Of a stretch of 64,000 bases of DNA, positions 46,901 to 59,600 are shown one piece after another. Both the position numbers and the translations under genes were made by a program. Location: the IMG/VR virus record IMGVR_UViG_3300021958_008980, positions 12,465-76,464 of that record, one strand, 5' to 3'. The stretch comes from a virus (lineage: Duplodnaviria > Caudoviricetes). The notes beneath the pieces are model-generated. The model made no database searches. It worked only from the letters and a program-made list of their open reading frames with translations, and was not told where the DNA came from. Position 1 is the first letter of the stretch. Every line of letters starts with the position of its first letter.

Positions 46901-47625
46901 TAGTATCCTGTGTTACCACCTGATGTAGTTCCACTCACTGTGTTCGAAGTTGTCAGTGCTGTAGAACTTGTTTCAGTAAATGTTGTTAAACTTTGAATTC
47001 TTAAAGTGTAATCAATTTGTATCAACCTGTTCAATGATTTCTGCACCGGATGGAATATCACATGTGTCAACAACTTGTTGGTCGAACCGTTCTCTGTGCC
47101 TTCCCAACTTTTTAAACCAAGTTCGTCAAACACATAATCACCATTGAAGTCAGTGGTGTTGTCGAACGCCGCCTGTCCGGTTGGTTCCCCGTAGTCCAAA
47201 GTGCAGGTGCAGACAATGTCAGTGTATTTGTTTCCTGCCGTGTGCCTCACTTCCATTTTGTTTCTTGTTGTGTCTTTGTTTGTTGCAGAGTTATCATCGA
47301 TAACCTTGTAATAAGTTTGATTATATAATGTGGCATTTGTGCCCGTTGAATTCGGTGTAAGGTAAGTTATGATTCCTGTTGGATCCACGCTGGTTCCACC
47401 ATTACCAAAGGCCATTTCGTGGACAAATCCTGTTGTCTTGTTTGCCAATGAATTGGCCAGTGCCTGAGACATGTTTTCGTAATGGATTGCATTCCTTTTG
47501 TCCACTAAAACTTCACCCGTTTCCGGGTCAAAAATCTTAATATGCCCCGTCATCATAACACCTGTGTTATCCTGAGGCTTCTTGTTTTCTTCTTTTGATT
47601 CTGTTGGTTTGTTTTCCTGTTTCAT
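46900..47625 (-). CDS. conserved virion/baseplate protein
   Basis: Sits between the giant baseplate gene and the fibres. Core HIKIFDP...NAIHYEN...FDELGL...LTHVIFHPVQKSLNR; Ser/Thr/Gly tail ending GY. Confidence 0.65.
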   Translation of the reverse strand: MKQENKPTESKEENKKPQDNTGVMMTGHIKIFDPETGEVLVDKRNAIHYENMSQALANSLANKTTGFVHEMAFGNGGTSVDPTGIITYLTPNSTGTNATLYNQTYYKVIDDNSATNKDTTRNKMEVRHTAGNKYTDIVCTCTLDYGEPTGQAAFDNTTDFNGDYVFDELGLKSWEGTENGSTNKLLTHVIFHPVQKSLNRLIQIDYTLRIQSLTTFTETSSTALTTSNTVSGTTSGGNTGY

Positions 47626-47631
47626 CTAGTG

Positions 47632-47638
47632 TATTTAT
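47632..47638 (-). promoter_or_regulatory. putative late promoter (ATAAATA), leaderless
   Basis: Lies exactly 6 nt before the ATG at 47625 and overlaps the stop of the giant gene. Confidence 0.55.
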
Positions 47639-50600
47639 TCAGGTGCGTTTGTAGGCTCATTAGCAATGAATACAGCCTGTTGAGTCGTTGAAGCCTGCAA
47701 TCCTTTACCGTCAGCAGGATTACCATCTTTGGCTGTGTACCATACCTGTCCTTTCTTGTGTAATATTTTTATCTGTGTTCCAGAAGCGGGTGCAGTGCTT
47801 AAAGTCACAGCAGTAGTGCTTCCGTCAACAGAGTAGTTGATAGTTGATCCATCCTCGCTAGTGAGCAACAATCGTTGGCCACCAATGAATATGTCTAACT
47901 CACTAGCGGATGATGGTGCTTGTGATAGTGCGAACACCACAGTGCTTCCATCACCTGTGAAGGTGTTGGTGTACACAGTGTCCGCATAAGGGATGGTTTG
48001 AGTACCAGACGCATCTACCACTTCAGTGCCTGATCCATGCTCCTTAATTCCTGTTCCCAAAGTACCACGTCTCAGTTGCCCCAACGTGTTACCTGATTTT
48101 GTGAAGTATTCAATTCTCTCTTTGTCTATGAATATGACTCCTGGCGTGTTACCTGCCACATCTGGTGTTGGCAACAAACTCGCGTCTTCAACTGTGATAG
48201 TCTGTGTGCCTTCTGTCATGACTAATGTTAATTTTGTTGTAGCAGTTTTAGATATACGTTTGTAGAAAGTCCTGTTCAACATGTCTTTGAATATCCTGAA
48301 ACCTGTGGCACCTGTTGCCGATTCTAAGGCGAAGTACATTACATCTAATCTATCTGATGATGTTATTGTTCTCCCTGACACAGTTATTGTGTTACCACTG
48401 ACAACGTAATCTTGCCCCTGTACAAGTTGTTCTCCATTCAACCATACATAAGTGTATCCTCCGTTCAAGGTTTCGAACCTTAATTTGAACACGCCCGATC
48501 CTCTACCTTCAAGCACTTCCCTTCTCTGTTTCATTCCCAGTGCGTTGTTGAATGTTGTGACTGATAACACGTCTGTTGCACTCAAACTGTAAGGTGAAGT
48601 TATAGCACTTGGTACTAATATTATATCAGTGCCCTCGTTGTAGTACTGATGATCTACCAAGGTTGATATGCATATGACATCCGTCGACGCTGGTACGTGT
48701 GCTGTAACAAAGTCAACGTTTTGGTTTCCAATGTCTACAGTGTAGTGAGTGTTTAAATTTTTCTTCACACCATTTACAAAAACTTGTACTTGGCTTGCGG
48801 CTGTAATTGTTTTAGCCGGATCGACTGTTGAATCATCCTCGAGTCCTGAAACAACTCCATACGTGTATGTGCTTCCATCACCCACGTAGTATGTGTTGTC
48901 CGGTCCTCGCAACACTCTTCCGTTCAGTTCCACTATCGTCAAACCAGAGAAAGGACCAATCGCTCCTGCAGGATATGTCAATGTATACCTGTTTGTCGAA
49001 CCATCGTAAGTTATTGTCTGATTTCTCACACTCGCATAACTTCTTGTAGACGTTGTAGATTTGTTGAATCCAGCAAACTGTATGTACGAACTTGCCGCCG
49101 GTGCTGAATTGAATATTACTGTTATCGTGTTGGCCGCAGTCGTTGTTGTATATGCAGTGGTCGGCACTCCATCTATTGTAACGTACATGTCAGAGGATGT
49201 TGAATCTAGATTAAATTCCCCTCTTGTTGAAGTTAGGAAAGTTGTTGTACTACCGTCACCTGTGAAAGTGTTTAGTACTCTGTAATTCTCTCCTGATATA
49301 GCAAACACTTTAGTGGATATCTTGCTGTTGTTTGCAGGTGCAGATGTGAAAGTAATAGTTTTATTGGCAACGTTTATTGAATAGTTTGTTGTAAGTTTCT
49401 GAACAACACCATCAACCGATACAGTAACAGATCCTAATGTTCCTGGATAATCTCCTACGCTGAATGTTGTCTCTGTGCCATCTCCTGTGTGAGTCATTTC
49501 ACTTATGAACGGCACACCTGACTCCGGTGACGTGTAAACTTTTATATCAACAGTATCGAACATCTGTCCTGGAATCGTTTCTTCCGGAGCATAACTTGTG
49601 TCTGGTGTAACAAATCCGTCACCTTCCAATACGATGTCACTAGGCGCATGTCCTAACGCTGATGTAAACAAACCTCCCTTGATTATGGAATCTAATGTCC
49701 TATCATCTGTTGGTGTCAATACACCGTCGTCATCAAAGGGTATGAATTCAACTAGTGCGTTCGCCTCAGGTGTTTCACTGATAGTGAAGGCAACTGTTGA
49801 TCCATCTCCCCTTATGACATCAGATAGTTTTCTCCTTGTGCTGTCATCCTGCGTGATATACACCTGGTACACTTCAGAACTCTTAGGCGCAGAAGCAAAT
49901 GTGTAAGATGCAGTCGATCCGTCGGCCCTGAACGCTTTGATCCTAGATGAACCAGTATTGTCAAATGGGAAATCGTAGAAACCAGATTTATCCCAACCTT
50001 GCTCTTGCGTGAACAACAGACCAGTCACCATTGTGCCGCCATAGTCAACACCGGACATCAACTGTGACAACTCATTGCCTGGCATTCCAGATCCTGGTGT
50101 GTAGAAACCCTTTGTCCTATCTGCCGCCGTTAGTCCGGTCTCGTCACCATAAACCTTGTACACGCTTCCTATGTTATCATCGAAGTCAGTGCTTGAGGTA
50201 AATGGATTCGTGACCTTGTACAACTGATTTTTGTATCTGATCAAATCGTTGTATGCGTAACTCGTTGCCGCCGCCCAGTCTACCACTCGTGAAGTGCTTG
50301 ACACCCTGTCAAATTTTATTGTAGTGTCAAAATCTCTTACGAGATCGTTGCCCAGATTTGCGTATGCTTTTGCAGGATCGCTTGGCGTTGTTCCATCCTT
50401 CATACCTCCCGAAAGTACCACTGTTGGAGTGGCCGTGTAGTTGGCGCCTATGCCTGTAACGTTTATCTTGGTCACAACACCACCTTGTATAATAGCCGTG
50501 GCAGTGGCCGCTGTAGTTGCCGGTGTCACGTACATTTTGAATGCTTCTGATTTATCGCTTACTGATTCACTGGTTGATGCAGTTGGACCATAGAAAGTGT

Positions 50601-53600
50601 CAGCATATCCATCGAAAATGTATGTTTTGGTTGTACCTGAACCACCGTTCTGGCTGTCATAGATTTCTGCCTGTTTTTTGCCTGTGAACAAAGGAAAGAA
50701 ATATCCAAACTGTCCAATGGTTGTACCTGACGAACTTGTGGCCTGTATCTGGAATGGTCCAGTCGATCCCACTGTGCCGCCCAATAAAGTCACGGTTGGT
50801 GCGACTTCATACCCAGATCCACCTGCTGTGACAGTGATTGACGAAACGTATTTTTTGTGATAATCGTTCCACATCTGCCATGGGTACTCTGTCAATTTAG
50901 AAGAATCACTAGTGACGTTAAGAGTCCTTATCTTGCCTGTAATTGGGTCATAGAATGTTGGGTTATCAAAGTCTGTGAATATTCCGTCCTGCGTTTCCAA
51001 AGTGTCATATGCAAGTTTATATTCCCTCAGTTTGGTGTGGAATGGTTTGACTTCGTTTATGTAACTTTCTATCCAACTGTCAGTTCCAGTGGTGTATGAT
51101 TTCCTTTGATTCAGTTCTCTCACAGAGTTCTTAACGTTGACGAAAGACGTTTTGAACATCCAGTTCACGTATGTCTGTTCAGAAAGCACTTTTCTTAATC
51201 CTGTAAAGAAAAGTGTGTTGTATTCCACTGCTAGGTCATTGATAAAGAGGTCATCTCTCAAAGCAGTCAACACTTTCCTTGTCTCGATGCTTGGCTCTTG
51301 GTCGAAGAAGTTGTCATCAAAGTTGTCCTGCCCTGCAAAACCTGTGGCATCCTGGCTATAATCGTAAAGTTTGGTAGACAGCCTTACTGTTCCATTTTCT
51401 GTTCCAACATTTTCCCAACCGTCCGCGGTCTTCATAAACAGTTTCCAGCCGCCTGTGTCTGCACTGGTTACTTTGACATGGCTTCCTACTGCGAAGTCCA
51501 ATGTGTCAAGTTCATACTGGAAAGTTACCTGCTTGTCAACCTTGGTGTTTTCGTCATGAGACATGTCTCCATCTGTCTTGTACCAGTCGGTGTAACTCCA
51601 GTAGACCGATGTGTTATAGGTCTGTAATTTTGTCCTTGTCCATTCTGTACCATCCCACTGGTAAATTGCCCAGTAGTTGTTTGCGGTTTCGTCCGCCTTG
51701 ACCAAGTAGTTCACTGTGCCTGATAGATCAGCAGTGTTTATGTAAGTTAGTTCTGCATAGGTGTCCACAGATGCGTCCCATTCGAGACTCTGTGCAGTAG
51801 GCTCAGGCTCTTTGGAATCTAGGTTATCAAGATTAATCTGGCCAGAAAGTTGATTTTTCTTCAGCACCGAGTTTGCATAATCTATGATCTCTTTCAATGC
51901 ATCATATCTGTTCACATACCAGCTCTGTCTAGGTCTGATTCTGTTGCCGTATCTTTCGTTGACTGGCAGATCGACATCAGGTACCAGATCGCCTGCATCG
52001 TTTTTGCCGATTAAAGAATCCCACCAACGTTGCTCTATGCTGGTTGCAGGACGGTATTCTTTGTCACCTTCCCTCACCAATTTCCAAACACTGTGGGCGT
52101 CGCCCTCAAACGTGTTATTCCTAATGTCAATGTTCAACACAATTTCATCATTGACAAGATTATTGACGTTGTTTATTAAAAATTTATTTGTGTCCGTCAC
52201 CGCATAGTACTTGTAATCAAACCTGTTAGGATCAGAGATAAGGTTAGCAACGTAAGAGACTGCGTTTTTCCGTGTTACCACACTGTTAGTAGGCAAAGTC
52301 TGTTTGCCTTTGACCCAGTAGTAATAAAAGTTAACGAACTTGTTTAACCTCGAATCATACTTCTGCACCACAGTGTAATTTGTGTCATCGGCGTGTAGAG
52401 GAGTGCCGGATATTACCTCACCTGAATTCTGTGGTCTTGCGTTCCATTGGCTCGGAAGTAGTTTTGATTCCACCCATTCGTAGACGTCAATTGTTGATCC
52501 AGGGAATGTTTGTCCCCAGTGATTTACCTTGTATTCTTGTGTGTCCTGCTCGTACCATATCCATTTCACTGTTGATAAATCCCACCACACCTCACCGATG
52601 TGATCTTCCGCCCAAGCCGTCTTGCTGTTTGCCTGTGGTCCAAAGTTATAGGTAGCAGGATCCCACGTTGTCTTTATATTGATCTCCCTGTCAGCCAAAC
52701 CAAGTATTCTACCTTTTACCGGATCGTAAAGATCATAGTGATCCCTGATTTGCTTTGTTCGTTTGTCAAATTCAAAAACTTTACCTAGTTTGTCAATGTC
52801 TATCAGTGCTTTTTCAGTTACGATATTATTCCAAGCATACTTGCCGTTTTCAGTTAGGTCATAACATTCAACGGTTCCGTCTCCATCAACTTTTGTGCTA
52901 CCATCAGAAGTGGTGTTACCATCATCATCTGGCGCTCCAACGAACAAAGAATTATCAATAACACATACGCCTCTTCCAAAATCATCATTGGAACTAATAT
53001 TGTCAGATCCTAATCTGTCATCCAGTATGAATTTAGTGTTGTACAAGGTTGCCGTGAATGCACCTCCTGAACCCTTATTATCATCTATTATTGTAGTGTC
53101 TTGCAGGTCGAATGACGTTTCTCCCGAGTCAAATTTCATTTCCCGAGCACTTCCAAAGTTTTCGGCACCTATTACAATTCTGTTGCCTTGTTGATTAATT
53201 GCAAGTGTTGTTCCAAACTTGATGTTCTCTTCTCTATCGGGTAGAGTGATTGTTTGTTGTAGAGTATATGTGTTTGTAGACCCGTCAGCGTTCCATTTGT
53301 AGTAGTAAACCGCGCCAGTGTCAGGATTTTCCGTGCCATCCACTCCCGGTGCACCAACAATTAGTGTTGTACCGTCCTTGCTCATCGCAAGTGACTCACC
53401 AAAAGCGGTGTTTATCGAAGAACCATCGCTGGACACTCCTGTGAGTGTCTGCGTCAAGGTGAATGCATTGATCGTGCTTCCGTCATTGCTCGCAGAACTC
53501 CTCACGAATATTTCTACCTTGCCTGCGTTCCCTGGAGCGAGTGAACTCACTGCAAGGATGTTACCGTTGTCGTTTGCCTGTAATCTATGACCGAAACGTT

Positions 53601-56600
53601 GCCCTGATCCACCGTCCGGTGCTTCTATAACGTAATCCTGTGTCCACGTGTCATATGTTGATCCGTCCGACCCTATAGCGTATTTGTAGAAGTATACCCT
53701 ACCTTGGTCGCTGTCATGTCCTGGTGCTGAAACAAACAAGTATTTGTTTGTGTCTAACACAGTGGAACCAGAGCCTGGTTCAGATATTTTGTGATCCCAT
53801 CCAAAGTTCGCATTTTCTAAGTTTGTTGAACCATCAAATGGTCCAGTGATCGTGTTTAGTTGGGCGTATTTGAAAGTGCTTGAATCCCAACGATATACCT
53901 TTATCAACCCAGAATCTATGAATCTAGTACTGCCGTCTGCTCCAACGGCGTTGGCGTATGGTGCACCTGCTACGATAAAGTTTTCGTCGGAACTTATAGA
54001 CAATGATTCACCCAATCTACTTGTGTTATCATCATTGTCACTCATTGTAGCAGAGCTCTGCGTTGATAATACAGTACCCGCCACATTGGAAGATCTAAAC
54101 AGGAAGTGTATGGTACCTTGCCCTTTGCCCGGGGCCGAAACCACAACAGTTCTTCCATCGTTACGTGCAACTATCCTGTGGCCAAACTCCTGTGAACCGG
54201 TCGTGGTGTCTGGAGATAGCACTGTGCCTGTAGTGTATGGATCTTGCTTCTCATACACACGCCATAGTCCTGATGTGTCTGCATCAGCAAAAACCTTATC
54301 ACCGCTGAATCCTATCGCTGTGTCCTTTTTCTCGTATTGGTCAAACGCTATAAGATCGTTTACGTTGTCAATTGATGACACCCTTACTGACACAAATTTG
54401 TAAACGTTTCCAAAACTGTCTGCAGTCGACCCGTCCTCTAATGCTGGTATGAAACCAAGAGAACCATCGTAATCGATTATCACAGTTTTATGACTTGGAG
54501 TTGCCTTCACTTGGAAGACTGCGTTCAAATCTGTGGACTCACTGTTTGTTATAGCAAAATAATCCGCTTCCGTTGTTGTTGATCCTGCTGTGAGATTATG
54601 GCTACCTGTGAATGTGATTTCAAGTTGAGTGCTGTCATTGATTGAAGCCAAAGTAGCAATTTTAACTCCAGAATGGGTCAACCTCAACACGTCCCAGTCA
54701 TTGTTGCTTTTGTTTGCCACCCATATCAAATCCTTGTTCGTCAATGCACCAACATCTAGACTCAACAATTGGTCTATGTTGTAGACAGTGTGTTGTACCT
54801 GAGATAACTGAGGGTATCCTGCTGTTTTAAAAACCTGGGCATTGTCTCTGGTGACACCTTCTTTGCTATAGTCCAAACGCTTGAACGTGGTTGATGCTGT
54901 ATATTCCACAGGTTTGTAATATAAATCATCTGCGGCTACTCCTTCTGACCTAACATATTCTTTGGAGTCGTTGCTGGTTGCTAACAGTTCTATACTCTGA
55001 GGATTCGCAATTATCTTGTTGTCTTTCAATGTCAGTTGGATGTTTTCTATAGAATCTACGTTGCCAAACTGTCCTGCACGTATCATCCATTCAGGATAGA
55101 AATCAAGCGTGATGTCTTCGTCTTCATATTGCGCCTTGATTAGTTTGTCGATTGCGTTCTTTGTTCCTTTCTCTCTAATATATCCCTGATAGAATTTGTA
55201 TTGAGATACATCATTTACAAAAAGATTTTCAAGGTAATCCCTGCTCTGATATCCAATAAGCCGCTGTGCAAGTAATTGTTGTGACTCGTCAAAGTTATTT
55301 GTTTCGAGATTATAGAAATCATTGAACTGTGATATTTTGTAATCAAAGTTTGGTATCAACTGAGGCGCAGGTTTGGAATCCTTTAAGATCCAATTTGTAT
55401 TCGTAAAAGTGGTCCCAGAATTATGATTGGTTTTAGCAACATAAAACTTGCCTTGGTATTCTACGCTTTCACCTATTTTGTAATCCGTGTTGGCCAACCA
55501 GTATGTGACCTGTGCTGAATCAAAAACGAAACCAGGAGAGTAATAGTCTCCGTTCCAGTTACCGGTCTTCCAACCAACCACTTTGAGTCTTTGCTGTCTG
55601 AATCCGGTGGATGGATCGTATATAATGTCAGCAAATACAGTCTTGTTGTCAAACAAAAGCAGGTGTTCTTTTTGAACCGTGTTCAATGCGACATTGTACA
55701 GACCAACTGTGTCTGACTTGATCCCTAATTCAAAAGTCTTGCCTATACGTTTAGTTGAAAATTCGCTGATGTCTATCTTTCTACCACCTGAATCTAGAAG
55801 TGAATAGTCACCTGTTAGGTTTCTAAGTTTGCCAACAATGCTGTTGTTTGTGTCCAATTCGAATCCGTCTGCGGCCGGTGAAACAGTAATAGCGGCGCCG
55901 GGTGCCCATTCCTGCGTTGTCCAGAACATGAATTCTTTCACTGCGTTCTGCCAGTTCAGTGTTTCCTTAAGTTCATTTGAGAACTTGTTAAACTTAAAAC
56001 CTTGTGATTCTAACCAGTGACCGTATCCCAATAGAAAATCCGCAACGTCCTGAACAGTGTCAAACACATAACCATAAGGTATAGTTTGCACGTTCTCGTC
56101 GTAGTTATTGTACTGTTTTACTTCAACTGACCCAGCGACAGATAAAACATTCGCCGTTGTTGTCTTTGTTGGATAGTTGAAGTTGAAATATGGTTTGACT
56201 GTGCTGTATCCGAGAACTTTGTATCCGCCTAGCACAGTTGATCCATCTGTGGCAAGGTTTGTGTTCTTCTCTATCAATACTCCGCTATAATAAAAACTGT
56301 TTACGGGATTAGATGTCCTAAACAAAATTTTATAGTTTTCGTCTGGTATAAATTTTGATCCTGAAGTAGACCCAGGAGACACACTGTCAGTAAGAACTTT
56401 GATGTTTTCTTTGTCTGTGAATCCACCTAATTTGTATGCCAACTGCACAGACAGTGCTTTTATCTTGTTATAGAAAAATGTTTTTGCGTCTAGGTTCCTG
56501 TGTGCAAGGTAATTTACTATGTACGGTTGGTAACCTGCCGTCTGATATCTTGTTGTCACTCCTGTTTTTAAATTGTTTTCAGTTTCCAAATGGTACTTGG

Positions 56601-59600
56601 CAGTTGCCATAGTTTGCCTCACACCGGTATCGGTGTCTATCTGATTTCCCGCCGTGTTGGTTGATAATCGCGATGGATCAAACATGTTTGAGAAAAATTT
56701 GGCCGGCTTCGCCAATGCAAGTGTTTTAACCACAGTGAATGGATACGCACTAGATTTCCTCCAAGATGTTTCTGCCGGTGCTTGGTCACCAAACTTCCAC
56801 GAGTTTGTTCTGCCCTGTATGTCGTAATTGTCTACTAGTCCCGCCGCCAATGGATCCAACAAGTTTCCTGACGCATCCACCGGTAGGTATGTTTTGATTA
56901 GGCTCTTGCCGTACCTTCCAGGTTCCGCCGCCACTGCGTCCCATAAAACATCGTTGCCCGAAGTGTAAGGGGCAGTTCCATAGGTGCTGTCCCAATTAGA
57001 AGGTTTTTCGGAGTGCCCAAACATCTCCCATGGTCTAATATGAGGTGCGTCCGTATCGTAGAAATATTTGTATATGCCCCTCCAGTGTCCCGGAAGTTTT
57101 TTTCCTGTCAATCTATCAGTTGATCTAGCGTAGTTGTATGTGAATGGCGAGCCTTCAGAAAAAACTGTGTTATTGATATACTGAACATTATTTCTGCCGG
57201 CCCATAGGTAAAAATCAGCACTCATGATGTCATTAACTTCCATCAATGAGTAATCGGTGGTCGTGAAAGCACTTGGCATGATGTCATTTATGTCAACTAA
57301 TGTTGAATCATAAGTGGTCTTGAGGTTGTTGTATATCCTTTTCTCTAATTCTAATATCAAGTCATCTCGCTCATCACCATACGCTTTAATAATACTTCCG
57401 TCGTGTTTCCTAATGACTGACGTATCTGTTAGGTAGGTTGTGTCGGTGTAAAGTTCAGGTGTAAACTTAGGATACATTCCTAATTTTGTAGGTGAAGTAG
57501 GCATGTAACTACCAGTGGTGTCTGCGTAATCCTTTATAACAATCTTGTCACCTTCTACAAGAGACTTGCTGATATTGACACTGTCGTCGTTGGTGCTGAA
57601 TGTGTAGTCGGTCCCTAATAACAATTGGACATCATTCAAATACACGTACACTGCCCTGTTGCTTGTTGTAGTGATGTTATGTTGAGAATCTAAAGCGTAT
57701 TCTGTCTGCGACGATCCCATGACAGTGTATGTCCTTGTTGAAACGTTTTCTCCGTGTCCTATCATGTCCTCGTAATAGAATGGGAAACTGTTGTTCCTAC
57801 CTGGTGTGATAGCACTGATTATTTCATCCACCCTATCCCTTACAATGCCCTCGTATGCTGTGCCTGTGGCATGTGTTAAAAATGCGTTGTACCATTTTTC
57901 ATACTCATGATTCACATAGTCTATCGCTGTCACAAAATTTGCATTTTGATCTATAAGGTTGAATATGGCCGGTAAAAGTGGTCCTTCGTGTTGGTGGATG
58001 CTTCCGCCTTTCAGCCTAGCGTCAGGTTTGTCCCTGAGATTTGAGACACCCGGTATTGACCCTGTTACATCTTGGTTTTTGTCAAATATGTCCCTCACAT
58101 GACCAAGTATCTGGCCATACGTGAATGTGCCCAGTTGCTGATTTAGACTGTTAGTTGTTAGGTTTTCGGGAACCTCGTATATGCCCTTGCCGTCTACTTT
58201 ATCCGCACTGCTGAAACCTGCTATCCTTATCTGGTCATTGACTTTCAGTGCTTTGTTAAACTTGATAAATCTGTTTTTTGTACCGTTTACTAACGTGTAA
58301 TCGGTCGTGATTGTCTTTCTCGCACCATTCACTACCACGCTAACTTCTAGATCTGTCAGTGATGCGGAGTCCTTGAAGAAATCTATTGGAAACAACTGTT
58401 TCTCAGTGTCGTCCACTATTATGGTCCTCAACACTCTTTGTTTGCTCTCCACCGAACGCTTGATCCATGCGCTCCGTGAGTTGTGTGTTGCCCTACCTGT
58501 GGTGTAGTGCAGGTGTCCTTCTGCGTATTTCTTGGTCACTATTTCCGTTCCGCTTTGGTAGGTGAATGTTCCTGACGTATGGTCTGATTCAAAAACAATA
58601 TCTCCAACATTGTTAATAGTGTTGTACTTGACTTTTATGCCCAACACTGTGTCTGTGGTTGCGCTGTCCGACGTTGCAAAGGCGAAAACCTTGGCTCCTG
58701 CGAAATTCGAAGTTGGATAGGTTGTTACGTCATCAAATGAAACATGGTTGTTGTCCCACATTCCGAACAATGGTTGTTGATTTAAACCTGTTTTCTGTTG
58801 TGATACTTTAAAAGTTTCTGCTGTGCTGTCATAATGGAAAGTCTTGCCCTGATTGGCAGTACCGAACTCTATGAATACAGAGTCATCATTGGCCGGCGTT
58901 GCATCCGATGCCTCTGTCAATGCTATGACCTGAGACGAGTCACCCGCGGTGACAAAGTTGACATCATAAATTTTATTTTTTACCAGTGGATCTGTGTCCG
59001 CTGAAAATATGACTCTCATTCCGTTGGCCAACGCGACGCCATCAATGATGTAACCTGTCTGTTTGACCACATCGCTGAATGCATCCGTGGTCGCTGTGTC
59101 ATAAAGCGTCACTGATTTTTTGGCCACTGTGCCATGATTGTATAACGCAAGTCCCGAATCAAACTCTATAATTGGTCGCTTTGCCCGATCATCCTCGTCC
59201 AAAGTAGGTGTGAAGCCTCCCACTCTTGCTGTTTCCTCTATCACGTCTCTATGGAACCATCGGTTGTATCTGGACCAGGCGTTCCTGTCTTGCGAATCTC
59301 TTTTAATAGTAATGTAATCTTTTTTCTCAGGCAGATAAAATGCTTTTGCATACGGCCTTGAATCGTATGCCACTTGGTCATACAACACCGTTGTTTCGGT
59401 AGCATACGTACCGGGAGTAATTAGATCTTCAACATCTGTCAAAGTAATTGCGTCACCAACTCCCTCTACATAATATTCCTTGTCCTGGTTCGCTGTTGGC
59501 ACCAATGAATTCTTGAATTTTATCTTCATACCATTTGATAATGAGAGAGTACGTAGGCTGTAGTTTTTTGTGCCCACGATATCGTCTTCTACATCGATAG

